The notes under the pieces were generated by a model that made no database searches, was not told the DNA's origin, and was given only the letters and a program-made list of their open reading frames with translations. Source: Halarcobacter sp. (GTDB taxonomy: Bacteria > Campylobacterota > Campylobacteria > Campylobacterales > Arcobacteraceae). From it: a stretch of DNA of 64,000 bases. The first letter of the stretch is position 1. Each line of letters opens with the position of its first letter. Below are positions 18,523 through 28,675 of the stretch, piece after piece. The stretch is taken from assembly GCA_048571215.1 (NCBI GenBank), contig CP182352.1, forward strand, positions 3,360,001-3,424,000, in the 5' to 3' direction. The translations under genes and the position numbers were made by a program.

Positions 18523-20211
18523 TTATGATCCATTAAAAAGTTTAGGTGTTAATGATGTTGGTTTAATATTAGGTTCTTTAATTTTTATAATTATAGGCAT
18601 TGGCATTTCTATACTAATTAAAAGAGCTTCACCTGATTGTAATGTAGGTAAATAAGAAAGTGAATTTTTACTTCCCTCAGAACAAGCCTTTTCTATTACA
18701 GCTCTATCTGATTCATTTATTAATCTATGTACTATAAAAGTACCCATTTGACTTAATGTACCAACTGGTATATCTTTCGGATTTTGGGTAGAGATACATA
18801 AGAATAATCCATGTTTTCTACATTCTTTAGCTATTTTATCAAATGCATCAAGTTCTAAGTCCTGAATAGTATCATCATTAATTGTTTTCTTAAGAAACTG
18901 ATGTGCCTCATCTATAAATAATACTATTGGATTTTTCTTAAACTTATAATCTCTAGCTTCATCTAATAAATAACTTCCAATTGCATTTGTTAATATTTCC
19001 CTTAGTCCATTTTCAAAAGGAGCATCTTTTAGAGAGATTATAAAAAGTGTTTGTTCAGTTTGAGCTTCATCTAAAAAATCTTCTAATTGTTGATTAAACT
19101 CATTTTCATCATCCAGTTGTTTATCAAAACCAAAAATATTTTTGAACTCTTTTTGCCCCTTTATTCTTTCTATTCTATTTATCAGAGGATTAACATGATT
19201 TTTTGCTGTTTTATCTTCATCTCCAAATGAATTTGTAGCACTTGCTTTTACACATTCAGCATAAATTTGAGGACATAAATTATTGATTTTAAAATCACTT
19301 TTGTCAGATTCGACTTCTTTTCTATATTTATTTAATGCATTTTCATAATTACTTTTTGGTTGTCCAGCCTTTGGATATGTATTTTGACCATAGCCTTCAT
19401 TTAATTCTAATTGCTTTACTAATTTTAGACTCTTTATAGCATCAAGTAACCTTGGTTTCTGTACACCTTCACTTGGTTTAAATATTGATACTAAATCCAT
19501 TGTTCGTAATCTTGAATAATGAAAAAATGTATCTTCATTATTTGAACCAAATTTTACAGTTTTTACATTATCTAGCTCATAGAAGTTTTCATACTCACCT
19601 GTAGCATCAATTAGAATTGCTTTTGATTGATTTAATTCTAAAAACTCTTCAAGTATCCTGGAAACAGTATAACTTTTACCACCTCCCGTTGTCCCAACAA
19701 CAGCACAATGTCGTCCAAATAATTGATTTGGATTTAAAGGCAAACTAGTTTCTAAAGTATTAGTAAGTTTTGCAATATCAAAAGTAATACTACTATCTGA
19801 AGTATCACTCACAAATAGTGTTTTAATTAGATCTGCAGAACACAAATATACTTTTGAGCCTACAGCAGGATATTTATCTAAACCTTTATCAATCTTTGTA
19901 GAATAGTAATTAAATGATAGTAATAGTTCCACTTTACCTTGAGGATGAAATGAAGAATCATAAAAAGCATGCTCACCTAAAAAATTTTGTTCTTTTTCAG
20001 GTAATGAAATCTCTTGAAGCTTTCCTAAGAATCCATAGTTTTCACCTTCTATGACAACATAGTTTCCAACTATTCCACCTGATAATTCATCGTCATAATG
20101 CCAAAACTTTTTAAGTAATTTAGGAGTTGGAAAATGTATATTTGAAAAACTTGGTGTTACTTTAGATATATAACCTACAAATTTTTCATTTGTAAAGATA
20201 TGTTTATTCAT
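18523..20211 (-). CDS. herA: HerA/DUF87 ATPase of Sir2-HerA defence system
   Basis: HCAVVGTTGGGKS, LFIDEAHQF, IAKECRKHGL, STQNP. Confidence 0.9.
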   Translation of the reverse strand: MNKHIFTNEKFVGYISKVTPSFSNIHFPTPKLLKKFWHYDDELSGGIVGNYVVIEGENYGFLGKLQEISLPEKEQNFLGEHAFYDSSFHPQGKVELLLSFNYYSTKIDKGLDKYPAVGSKVYLCSADLIKTLFVSDTSDSSITFDIAKLTNTLETSLPLNPNQLFGRHCAVVGTTGGGKSYTVSRILEEFLELNQSKAILIDATGEYENFYELDNVKTVKFGSNNEDTFFHYSRLRTMDLVSIFKPSEGVQKPRLLDAIKSLKLVKQLELNEGYGQNTYPKAGQPKSNYENALNKYRKEVESDKSDFKINNLCPQIYAECVKASATNSFGDEDKTAKNHVNPLINRIERIKGQKEFKNIFGFDKQLDDENEFNQQLEDFLDEAQTEQTLFIISLKDAPFENGLREILTNAIGSYLLDEARDYKFKKNPIVLFIDEAHQFLKKTINDDTIQDLELDAFDKIAKECRKHGLFLCISTQNPKDIPVGTLSQMGTFIVHRLINESDRAVIEKACSEGSKNSLSYLPTLQSGEALLISIEMPMPIIIKIKEPNIKPTSLTPKLFNGS

Positions 20212-21416
20212 TAACTAGCTCCATTAGAATCTAAATATTGACTAGATGGTAAATAGGTTACAAAATCTTTAAAAAACTCTCCAATTATAACTATTTGACT
20301 GCTTCTTTTTGATTGTTCAAATAGTTTTTTAAAATTTTCATTTAAATCGGGTTTTATAAATGGCTCGATTATTACTAAATTTAAACTAGGGTTTTGATTT
20401 AAAGCCTCATTTATCATAGTAAATATATGTTTATCTGCAAAACTAAATCCAACTGTTATTAAAGTTGTTGTTCCATTCTTTCTAAGTTCTGATTGAAATC
20501 TACTCATCATTTCAAAATATGGTTGTTCATATGATGATTCATACTTATTACTATTTGGATAAATCATCATAGCTTTAAGTGGACTATTTGTTTGAATTAC
20601 ATCATTGTCTTTTTTTTCCCAATTTACTGAACCATGAAGTTTATATAAATGAAATACATTATTTGCAAAATTCTCTGTTGACGAAGTACGACTATTTTCA
20701 CGAATTACTATATCATAATCAAAATATTTACCACTAAACTTTCTTGGTTGAGTGAAAGAGAAACCATCAATAATTACATATCCTCCTTCAGCTCCAGCTT
20801 CTTCAAATGCTCTATCATAATTTGTCGTAAATATTTTAAGTCTAGATTGTTTAGTTTTACGACTCGTAAGTTTTTTTATAAATTCCAAATGTATTGACTT
20901 ATCTATTAATGAAAAATTACATAGATTTAATATCCAACTTTCAATTGTAGCTACATGCCAAGCAATATTTTCATTATTATTAAATTCTAAATATAATTTT
21001 GCTTTTGATAAAACGGTTTCTAAATCTTTTTTACTTTTAATATTTTCATCTATACCAATAGTATTTAAAAATGTATTAAAATTATAATTCTCTCCTTGAA
21101 GTGTTAACATAAAATCCCATAGTTCCCACATTAATTTGCCACCAAATAATTCATCATCTTTAGAACTACCTGCACCAGTTAAAACTAATAGTTTTTCTGC
21201 AGATACTAGTTTTTCAAGTAATTTAATATAATAACTTTGAGATACTTCAAGAGCCTTTTTAGTTAAAGTTGCTTCATCCATTCCCTCAGGAGATAATTTA
21301 TATTCAATTGTTTCATCACCTTGTTTTTCTTTTAATAAAACTCCATTAATTTTTAATTCATCCCCATTAATTTCAACCAATTTATTTTTTGTACTTAAAA
21401 AAATTTTATTTTCCAT
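20211..21416 (-). CDS. SIR2-family NADase of Sir2-HerA defence system
   Basis: LTGAGSS, FTTNYD, KLHGSVNW, GFSFADKHI. Confidence 0.9.
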   Translation of the reverse strand: MENKIFLSTKNKLVEINGDELKINGVLLKEKQGDETIEYKLSPEGMDEATLTKKALEVSQSYYIKLLEKLVSAEKLLVLTGAGSSKDDELFGGKLMWELWDFMLTLQGENYNFNTFLNTIGIDENIKSKKDLETVLSKAKLYLEFNNNENIAWHVATIESWILNLCNFSLIDKSIHLEFIKKLTSRKTKQSRLKIFTTNYDRAFEEAGAEGGYVIIDGFSFTQPRKFSGKYFDYDIVIRENSRTSSTENFANNVFHLYKLHGSVNWEKKDNDVIQTNSPLKAMMIYPNSNKYESSYEQPYFEMMSRFQSELRKNGTTTLITVGFSFADKHIFTMINEALNQNPSLNLVIIEPFIKPDLNENFKKLFEQSKRSSQIVIIGEFFKDFVTYLPSSQYLDSNGAS

Positions 21417-21463
21417 AAATTACCTCTTCTTTAATATCATAAAATCTATATTACTTTTATACT

Positions 21464-22189
21464 TCAAAAAGTTATCATTTTTAAATTATTCTCTAACTGT
21501 ATCTTGGTTTGTTCATGAGAAAGTTCCCATAAGCTTGATAAATAATTTATTACAATATCTACATCCCATGGATAAAGTGTACTATTATTCAAGATTGCAA
21601 ATGGACCATCTGTTTCTGGAAAAATCTTTTCTTTTGGTATTTTACTAATTAAAGACATACCTTTTTTTGCATAACACATTTTAGGATTTATACTAAAATA
21701 GCAACCTAAGTTAATAGCTCTATCTAATTCTCTTTGTGTACCTGAAAACCAATGTAAAATTGATGTACCACAACTAGGATACTTTTCTAATAAATTTAAA
21801 ACTTCCGTAGCTGCTCCTCTTGAATGTATACTAAGAACCTTTCCTGTTTGGTTTGAACACTCTTTTAAAACTTTTTCAAAAACATCAATTTGAAGATTAA
21901 AAGTATGTTTAAAATCTTTAGTCCCATCTAAGCCGATTTCACCAATATATTTAGTATTTTTTATTAAATCAATTAGTAAATTAACTTCATTGATTTTTTT
22001 ATCAACAATTTCAGGATGCAAACCTAAAGCAACATGTATATTCTTATAGTTCTTAAATACATTACTTGTCGCTACATATGCCCTTGGACTTGTTGTAACA
22101 CATAATGTAAATATATTATTTACATTAACTTTAGATATTATTTTTAGAGAATTTGGATACAAATCTAAATGTGAATGCATATCTATCAT
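21464..22189 (-). CDS. qatD: QatD, TatD-family nuclease
   Basis: DMHSHLDLYP, LGLHPE, GEIGLDG, SIHSR, HWFSG, ETDGPF; last gene of the qat operon. Confidence 0.9.
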   Translation of the reverse strand: MIDMHSHLDLYPNSLKIISKVNVNNIFTLCVTTSPRAYVATSNVFKNYKNIHVALGLHPEIVDKKINEVNLLIDLIKNTKYIGEIGLDGTKDFKHTFNLQIDVFEKVLKECSNQTGKVLSIHSRGAATEVLNLLEKYPSCGTSILHWFSGTQRELDRAINLGCYFSINPKMCYAKKGMSLISKIPKEKIFPETDGPFAILNNSTLYPWDVDIVINYLSSLWELSHEQTKIQLENNLKMITF

Positions 22190-23478
22190 AATACGCCCTT
22201 AGCTTTTAAAAACTCACCTAATTCTTCAAGTCCATTCTTTACAACATTTACATATTTACTTCTATCATCTACTGACGAAAAAGACAATGAACCTCCTATT
22301 ACTGACTCTATCCCAAATTTTTTATATTTTACATAAGCTAAAGCAACAGCTTGAATATCATCATGCTTGTCATTTCTAGCAGCATCAGCTGTCAAATCTG
22401 TATAAAAATATTTTGTTTTATCTTCTATTTTTGCATGATAATAAGAAGCTCTTCTAACTAAACATGGCACACAACGTCCGCAATGTGTATAAGCAAATCG
22501 ACTGTATCTTCCACAACTTGTAGTAGTATTTATCAATGAATTTATAAGTGTTTTATTTTTACATTTTTTTAACATTTCACCTTTAGTAGTAAACTGATAG
22601 TTCCTTATTAATTTAACATTTATTCCTACACTATTTAATATCTCTTCAATTGAATTTAAAAAAACTGGATGTGTCGTTTTTGTACTAAGACTACCTAATC
22701 TAGAACCTGTTAAAGCTGTATTCAAACTTATAAATCCATTTTCAGCTATAAATACTGGAACAGTTACTTTCCCCCATTTTTTTAAGGATGATGCAGCAAG
22801 CAATGCATATGCTAAAAAGACTATTGAACGTCCTCTCGTAGAATCTTCAACCTTATTTCTTGTGATTGGGTTCTTCCATTGAAAATGTTTTAATTTAGGT
22901 GCTAGCTTCTGAGCAAACTCTATTTGCTTATCTGTATCTCCTTTAGCTCCCTGAGATATAAAACATGGACTATAACCATCTGAAACAAGGTCTATTCCTC
23001 CTATTAAACTATCCATACCACCTGAAAGTAAAGCAATACAGTCTGCATTATTATCTATTTTATCAAAGAGCTTTTTAGGTTTTGGTGGAGGCATTCCTCC
23101 ATCAAAAAAAGTAAATTCCCAAAAGTCACCTGTCAAAAACCTTATAGTTTTTTCCAACTTGTTTTTAACTTTTTCCCATGGCTTTTTGTTGTGTAAATAA
23201 ATCTCTAATTGTATTTTTCTAGTCCATCCATCACTACTAGAACTTCTAACACAACTTAAATCTGCTGCATATATACTAAAACATATCGATATAAAATCCC
23301 ATACCGTATCATCAGGATAAAAACCTTGTTTTTTTATTATTTTATCCCATCCAAAAGCAACATAACCTGGAACTTTTTTACCAGCTAATGAAAATCTTAA
23401 ATTATATAATGAAAAATATATAACATCTTTATCTAAGAATTCAGGTAATACTTCTATTGGTCCACATACAACTTTCAT
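22186..23478 (-). CDS. qatC: QatC, QueC-like PP-loop protein
   Basis: LLSGGMDS, STKTTHP, HCGRCVPCLVRR. Confidence 0.9.
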   Translation of the reverse strand: MKVVCGPIEVLPEFLDKDVIYFSLYNLRFSLAGKKVPGYVAFGWDKIIKKQGFYPDDTVWDFISICFSIYAADLSCVRSSSSDGWTRKIQLEIYLHNKKPWEKVKNKLEKTIRFLTGDFWEFTFFDGGMPPPKPKKLFDKIDNNADCIALLSGGMDSLIGGIDLVSDGYSPCFISQGAKGDTDKQIEFAQKLAPKLKHFQWKNPITRNKVEDSTRGRSIVFLAYALLAASSLKKWGKVTVPVFIAENGFISLNTALTGSRLGSLSTKTTHPVFLNSIEEILNSVGINVKLIRNYQFTTKGEMLKKCKNKTLINSLINTTTSCGRYSRFAYTHCGRCVPCLVRRASYYHAKIEDKTKYFYTDLTADAARNDKHDDIQAVALAYVKYKKFGIESVIGGSLSFSSVDDRSKYVNVVKNGLEELGEFLKAKGVL

Positions 23479-24320
23479 TCAATTTCCTCTTCAAATACCG
23501 CAAATGTATTCTCTATTGCTTGTCTCATAATTGCATCTAGTCTAGTAATTTCAGGATCTGGATCTTTTTCTCTAAATGGTTTAATTTGAGCTACTATTTC
23601 TGCTTTCAAATATTCATACATTTCGTTACTTCTTTCAACTTGTTGAACTGGAGTTAATTTTGAACTTTCAAATATTTGTCCAATATCAAGTTCAATCCTA
23701 CTCTTTGCTTCATAAGATAAAACATTTTCAATTAAAGTCCATACTTCATTACTCCCCATATTTAATAAATCGATATCAGGATCAGTAGTTAACATCTCAG
23801 ACATTGCAAATGTCATAGAGTTTTTTATACTATCTTCATCTAGAGTGCCACCTTCATTTGTAACACGTTGAACTATTGCATCTATAATTTCATTTGGAGT
23901 TGGATTCTTTGAAATGAGATTTTTATGCCAATCACTAATTTCAGGAGTTGCTTCATTTTTAACATCATTTATAAAAGAGACTAAACCTGCTGTAGCTTTT
24001 GTAGAAACTCTCATTCTTTTTGATATGTTTTGAGCACCACCCATTCCTGTTTTGGAATAATGTCCCATTGACTTTCTAAAAGAAGTTCTATCACCAGATC
24101 TAGCATAATTTCCTAAATATCTACGTGCGTCAGCAAATCTTCTAGGTGGAGCTACTTCCTGATTAGGATTATCTTTTTTTGGTTCTTTTTTATCATCATT
24201 TGGTACTTCTGTATTTCCATCATTTGGTAAAGATGGTAATTCACTACCTAAATCATCTAGCCAAGGTGGATCCATAGAAACACCTGGACCTGGACCACCA
24301 CTTGAAGTTGAAGTTCCCAT
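23475..24320 (-). CDS. qatB: QatB
   Basis: MGTSTSSGGP start and position between the KAP NTPase and QueC-like genes. Confidence 0.85.
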   Translation of the reverse strand: MGTSTSSGGPGPGVSMDPPWLDDLGSELPSLPNDGNTEVPNDDKKEPKKDNPNQEVAPPRRFADARRYLGNYARSGDRTSFRKSMGHYSKTGMGGAQNISKRMRVSTKATAGLVSFINDVKNEATPEISDWHKNLISKNPTPNEIIDAIVQRVTNEGGTLDEDSIKNSMTFAMSEMLTTDPDIDLLNMGSNEVWTLIENVLSYEAKSRIELDIGQIFESSKLTPVQQVERSNEMYEYLKAEIVAQIKPFREKDPDPEITRLDAIMRQAIENTFAVFEEEIE

Positions 24321-26179
24321 TATTTATCTCCTTTTACTTTTATTTCAATTGCATTTTTTACTCTTTTAGGAGTTGCATCATCTTTAGCCCATCTTGATAA
24401 TACTTCTTTAGCCCATTTCTCTGTTGAAATTATAGGAATCAAAGGAGCTGGTCTATTTTTAGGTGATATCCCATCTAATATTTGAATAAATATATTTGAT
24501 AAACTTGGATAAGCATTCACAATATGATAACATCGAAGAATAGAAACTGAACTTTCTTGTTCTCTAGCAATATGTTTTCTTAAACGAACAAGTAATTTAT
24601 TTGCTTGTTCTTCTCCTAATAATTTAATTTTAGGAATTAACATATTTTGGAAGTTTTTTATATTTAAAAGAGCATCAAATATCTCTTGAACTTCTAAAGA
24701 GAGTTCATCAATACCTACTAAAGATACATTTATATTTCTACTTAAATATAGGAAGGGACGTAAATCAATATCATTAAGTAAAGGTTTTATTTGTATCCAC
24801 TCTTGAATAAAACTATCATCCCAACTAGTATCAGGAGCTTTATAATCTTCCCCATTCTTTTGACTTTCTTCTAACTCAGTTAAAAACTCTGGTTTACCTG
24901 TCTTACTCTCATAAACTTTTTTAGATAAAAACTCAAATGCTGCTGTAGATGCACATCTTTCAAATATTTGTATTTTTACTAGTTCTTCAAAAGAAATACT
25001 CATTTCATGAGACTTAGCAATCTTCTCTCTAATAACTAAATTATTCAAAAAACGTTTTATTAATCTTGGATTACCAGCTAACTGATTAGAAGTAGCCATA
25101 ATAGCTGCTAATTGATCTGCAATATCTATCTCTTTTAATATTTTTGTATCTTTATTAAATGCTTCATACATGTCATTATGAGTAAGACCACCAAGCCATG
25201 GTTGTTTAAGTTTTTTTAGAATTTTTTCTTTTGCAGCTAAATAAGATTCTTTTGTTATTGTATTTTTTCTAACTGCCAAATCTGTTAAAAGTAAAATCAA
25301 ATAAGCTTTAACTTCATTAATACCTAATCTTGGCACTTGAAGAGGAACTTGAATTAGTTTATCAAAATAGCTTGTCACAAGTTCATCATCAATTTGAGCT
25401 GCAGAAAAATGTGCATGTACAGCATTTCTAATCATCTTCTCATCAGCTGCAATGATAAAAGCTGTTCTAGGTAAAAATAAAAGTAATCTCATAGCTTCTA
25501 GTGTTGAAATTGCCGTATTTGGCATACATCTATCTAAATCATCTATTAGAACTACTAGTTTAATATTTAATTCTTCCAAAATATCTTGAAAGTTTTTTCT
25601 TAAACTATTAACTTCTTTAGGTAAAGAGGTCATATCTTCACCTTTTATTAAATCAGATAATGCAGGTTCAACCTCTAGATACTTTTCATGTAGCTCTTGT
25701 ATTTGTTCTTGTGAAGGAGTAGCATTACCACTAAATAAACCACCAATAGAACCTATAAATGCTCCAATTGGTCCACCTGTAACTCCACCAATTGTTGCAC
25801 CAGTTATGGCAGGTGCGGAAAGCTTTATAAGCTTAAACCAATTAATTTTTTTTACTAGTTTTTTTACTTTTTCTAATAATTTCTCATCAGTTTGTGCTTT
25901 TTCAAGAAGTTTATCTGATACAGATTGTAATAAAGCTATTTTTGCTTCATCAAAACCTTGATATAGCCAGGCATTGAATTCAAGAAATATATATTCTGTA
26001 TTTTCTTCACTAAGTTCTTTACCTATCATTTTTACTAAAGAAGATTTTCCACTCCCCCAGCTACCAGAGATACCAATAGATAATGGTTCATTTCCACTAT
26101 CTTTAATTAGTTCTGCTGCAACTTTTGATAATGACTGAAAATTTAATAAATCGTTAGTAGTTTCAAGATCGTGCCACAT
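24320..26179 (-). CDS. qatA: QatA, KAP-family P-loop NTPase
   Basis: MWHDLET, GSWGSGKSS, IDDLDRC, YFDKLIQVP, NPRLIKRFLN. Confidence 0.9.
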   Translation of the reverse strand: MWHDLETTNDLLNFQSLSKVAAELIKDSGNEPLSIGISGSWGSGKSSLVKMIGKELSEENTEYIFLEFNAWLYQGFDEAKIALLQSVSDKLLEKAQTDEKLLEKVKKLVKKINWFKLIKLSAPAITGATIGGVTGGPIGAFIGSIGGLFSGNATPSQEQIQELHEKYLEVEPALSDLIKGEDMTSLPKEVNSLRKNFQDILEELNIKLVVLIDDLDRCMPNTAISTLEAMRLLLFLPRTAFIIAADEKMIRNAVHAHFSAAQIDDELVTSYFDKLIQVPLQVPRLGINEVKAYLILLLTDLAVRKNTITKESYLAAKEKILKKLKQPWLGGLTHNDMYEAFNKDTKILKEIDIADQLAAIMATSNQLAGNPRLIKRFLNNLVIREKIAKSHEMSISFEELVKIQIFERCASTAAFEFLSKKVYESKTGKPEFLTELEESQKNGEDYKAPDTSWDDSFIQEWIQIKPLLNDIDLRPFLYLSRNINVSLVGIDELSLEVQEIFDALLNIKNFQNMLIPKIKLLGEEQANKLLVRLRKHIAREQESSVSILRCYHIVNAYPSLSNIFIQILDGISPKNRPAPLIPIISTEKWAKEVLSRWAKDDATPKRVKNAIEIKVKGDK

Positions 26180-26208
26180 TAAATACCTTTCATATTATAT
26201 ATTTACTA

Positions 26209-27933
26209 TTATATATCCATTATTTCAAAAATTTTACTTTCTAAGCAATTTTTTCTATTTTCTATAGAAGTAACATTCCACTCCATAGGATAATCAGCAA
26301 TAACTTTTTTAGTCATATCAAATGCTGTTACACCTGTATCATCTTCAGAATATTTACCTTTTCCTTTATAAATATTGATTTTTATATTATAAGGATTATT
26401 ACTTGCAGAAATATTTTTTGAACCACTCAATAGAGTTAAATTACCTAAACTATGTAAATATCTATTTACTTCATCTATAGTAAATTTATTTTTCCAATCA
26501 TCAAATTCATTCCAACCAATTGGTAAAATATGTTCTGTATGAATTGTATTATCTAAGTGAATATACGCTAATTTTGCATCATCTGTTATCCTATATTCTA
26601 TAATTGTTAATAAAGGCTTTATCCATGCTGTATGATAAACATCATTACTATTAATCACCTCTTTAACTTGTTTTACAATATTATCTTTTTCAAGTTTATT
26701 ATTTAAACTAGTAGTTATATAGTTTATATGCTTTTTATCTTTTATCCATGAAATCATATTAAATGAAATTTGTTTAATATGAGATAGTGTTTTTCCTGAC
26801 ATCCAATTTAAATAATAAAATCTTCTAAGAGCAATTTGTAACTCATCATAATATTCATAGTTTGTATGTAAGGCTGTAAGTAAAATACTCTTCCAATATA
26901 CTGTCCATCTTAAATACCAAAAGGAATAAAGTATTTTATCTTCCTTGTCCCAAATCTGATTTTTATAGGTATTAACAAATTCTGAAAAATCTTTTATAGT
27001 ATCATTAGGATCTTGTTGTTCAAAAATATCTTGCAATTCATCAGAAAGTGATTTTTTTGGATTTCTAGCAATTAAATAATAAAGATATACTGTAAACATA
27101 TCATTCATACTGTCACTTGTACCTGTTAATAAGTTTTCTAAACGTCTCCACTCAGCAATAAACTCGTTTTCATCTTCTATCCTCGCTTCAAAATTTTCAC
27201 CCTCATCAACATATTTTTTTTCTATTTGTTCTAATAAAAAGCTTTTTACTAAATCTGATGCAGTAAGGTCCATTCCCCTATCATTTAAGACTTGAAATAG
27301 TTTTATTGCAAAACTTCTATCTTCACAATCTATTCTAATTATTGACACTTTATTAAATAAATATTCAATTAAATCTCCTGATCTATCTTCACCAATCTCT
27401 TCAAGTTTACTTCTTAATATATAGGCACTATTTTGGAATTTCAACTTTGGTTGTTCATCATCCTTAAGTTGATACTTATAAGGTTTTTGATGCTTTAAAG
27501 TTGAACCCTCACTTATAATATTTTGTTTAAAGTCTGCAGAATGTTGGGGATCAGTAAGTAAAGTTAGTCTTTGATCACCAAAATTAAATATGGCACTGTT
27601 AATATGCTTTGTATTAATAGTATTTTTATTGTTATTAATATTAGGATATAAATCTCTTAATACGCATAACAATATCATTAAAGTTGTTAACCTTTGTTGA
27701 CCATCAACAATATCAAATCTATTTGAACCAGTTTGAGGAGCAGCAGTAATTATTGAACCTAAAAAATAGTTTTTTGATTCATTCACAAATGATTCAGAAA
27801 TATCATCCCATAACTGTTCAATTTGTTCATCTAGCCACTTATATGGTCTTTGATATTTAGGTATTCTATAAATAGAATCTGTATCCATAAAAAGTTGCTT
27901 TATTGTTCTTGATCTTGGTGTAAATAATTCCAT
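26209..27933 (-). CDS. DUF262-DUF1524 (GmrSD/SspE-like) nuclease
   Basis: IPKYQRPYKW, DGQQRLTT, LNDRG, EHILP, LGNLTLL. Confidence 0.9.
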   Translation of the reverse strand: MELFTPRSRTIKQLFMDTDSIYRIPKYQRPYKWLDEQIEQLWDDISESFVNESKNYFLGSIITAAPQTGSNRFDIVDGQQRLTTLMILLCVLRDLYPNINNNKNTINTKHINSAIFNFGDQRLTLLTDPQHSADFKQNIISEGSTLKHQKPYKYQLKDDEQPKLKFQNSAYILRSKLEEIGEDRSGDLIEYLFNKVSIIRIDCEDRSFAIKLFQVLNDRGMDLTASDLVKSFLLEQIEKKYVDEGENFEARIEDENEFIAEWRRLENLLTGTSDSMNDMFTVYLYYLIARNPKKSLSDELQDIFEQQDPNDTIKDFSEFVNTYKNQIWDKEDKILYSFWYLRWTVYWKSILLTALHTNYEYYDELQIALRRFYYLNWMSGKTLSHIKQISFNMISWIKDKKHINYITTSLNNKLEKDNIVKQVKEVINSNDVYHTAWIKPLLTIIEYRITDDAKLAYIHLDNTIHTEHILPIGWNEFDDWKNKFTIDEVNRYLHSLGNLTLLSGSKNISASNNPYNIKINIYKGKGKYSEDDTGVTAFDMTKKVIADYPMEWNVTSIENRKNCLESKIFEIMDI

Positions 27934-28119
27934 TTAAATCCTTGTTGTAAAATGTCGGATATGTAAATATAAATTTTAATAATACATAAATTATTATCTA
28001 AATAACTTTAATATATATTTTAAATTATTATTTGATAATACGAAGAATAATTATAATATAAAAAATAAAGCTTTTTTAATATACAGTTGAAAAATAACTA
28101 AAGTTTATAGAAAATAACT

Positions 28120-28456
28120 ATGTTAGAAGACTATATTAAATTTTTATAACGTAAAATAAAAAAGAGCTATCGTTCTGTTATTGGACATTTCCCTAGCATA
28201 AAAAATGGTAAATCAATTATTTATGAGTCCCTATTGGAAAGAGACATTTATCTATCTTTTGAATTTGATGATAGTGTTGTTAGTTATTATGAATAGCCTC
28301 AAATGGAAATATAATTTAAAAATAGAGAGATAACATATAGTTTGGATTGTTATATTGTAAGAGATAAAGAAAAAGAACTGAAAGATTCTATTAGTGAAGT
28401 AAAATCATATTTGTTTACTAATGAACTTACAATGAAATCTTTAGTGGAGTTAAACA
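28120..28456 (+). pseudogene. tnsA: Decayed tnsA of element C
   Basis: Homologous to 53044..53712 including upstream DNA; in-frame stops and a large internal deletion. Confidence 0.9.
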
Positions 28457-28637
28457 GGAAAATGGGTAAATAGAAGTTCTGGAGATACTTGATAAGTGAA
28501 AACTTCACTTTTTGTCATGTTTTTTACTACGACATCATAGTGACTATTCCCAAACTTATCTTCATCGAGTATTAGTTTTAAAGGAAATAAAAATTTAAAA
28601 GTATCATCTGGATTATCTGACATAAAATCTGGAATGA
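28455..28637 (-). pseudogene. Internal fragment of element C tnsE-like gene (5' end stranded at 59425-59448)
   Basis: Translates IPDFMSDNPDDTFKFLFPLKLILDEDKFGNSHYDVVVKNM...SPELLFTHFP, homologous to 57643..59340. Confidence 0.9.
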
Positions 28638-28675
28638 TGTGAGAATCAATAAAAAATGATAATAGCTTTTCCTTT

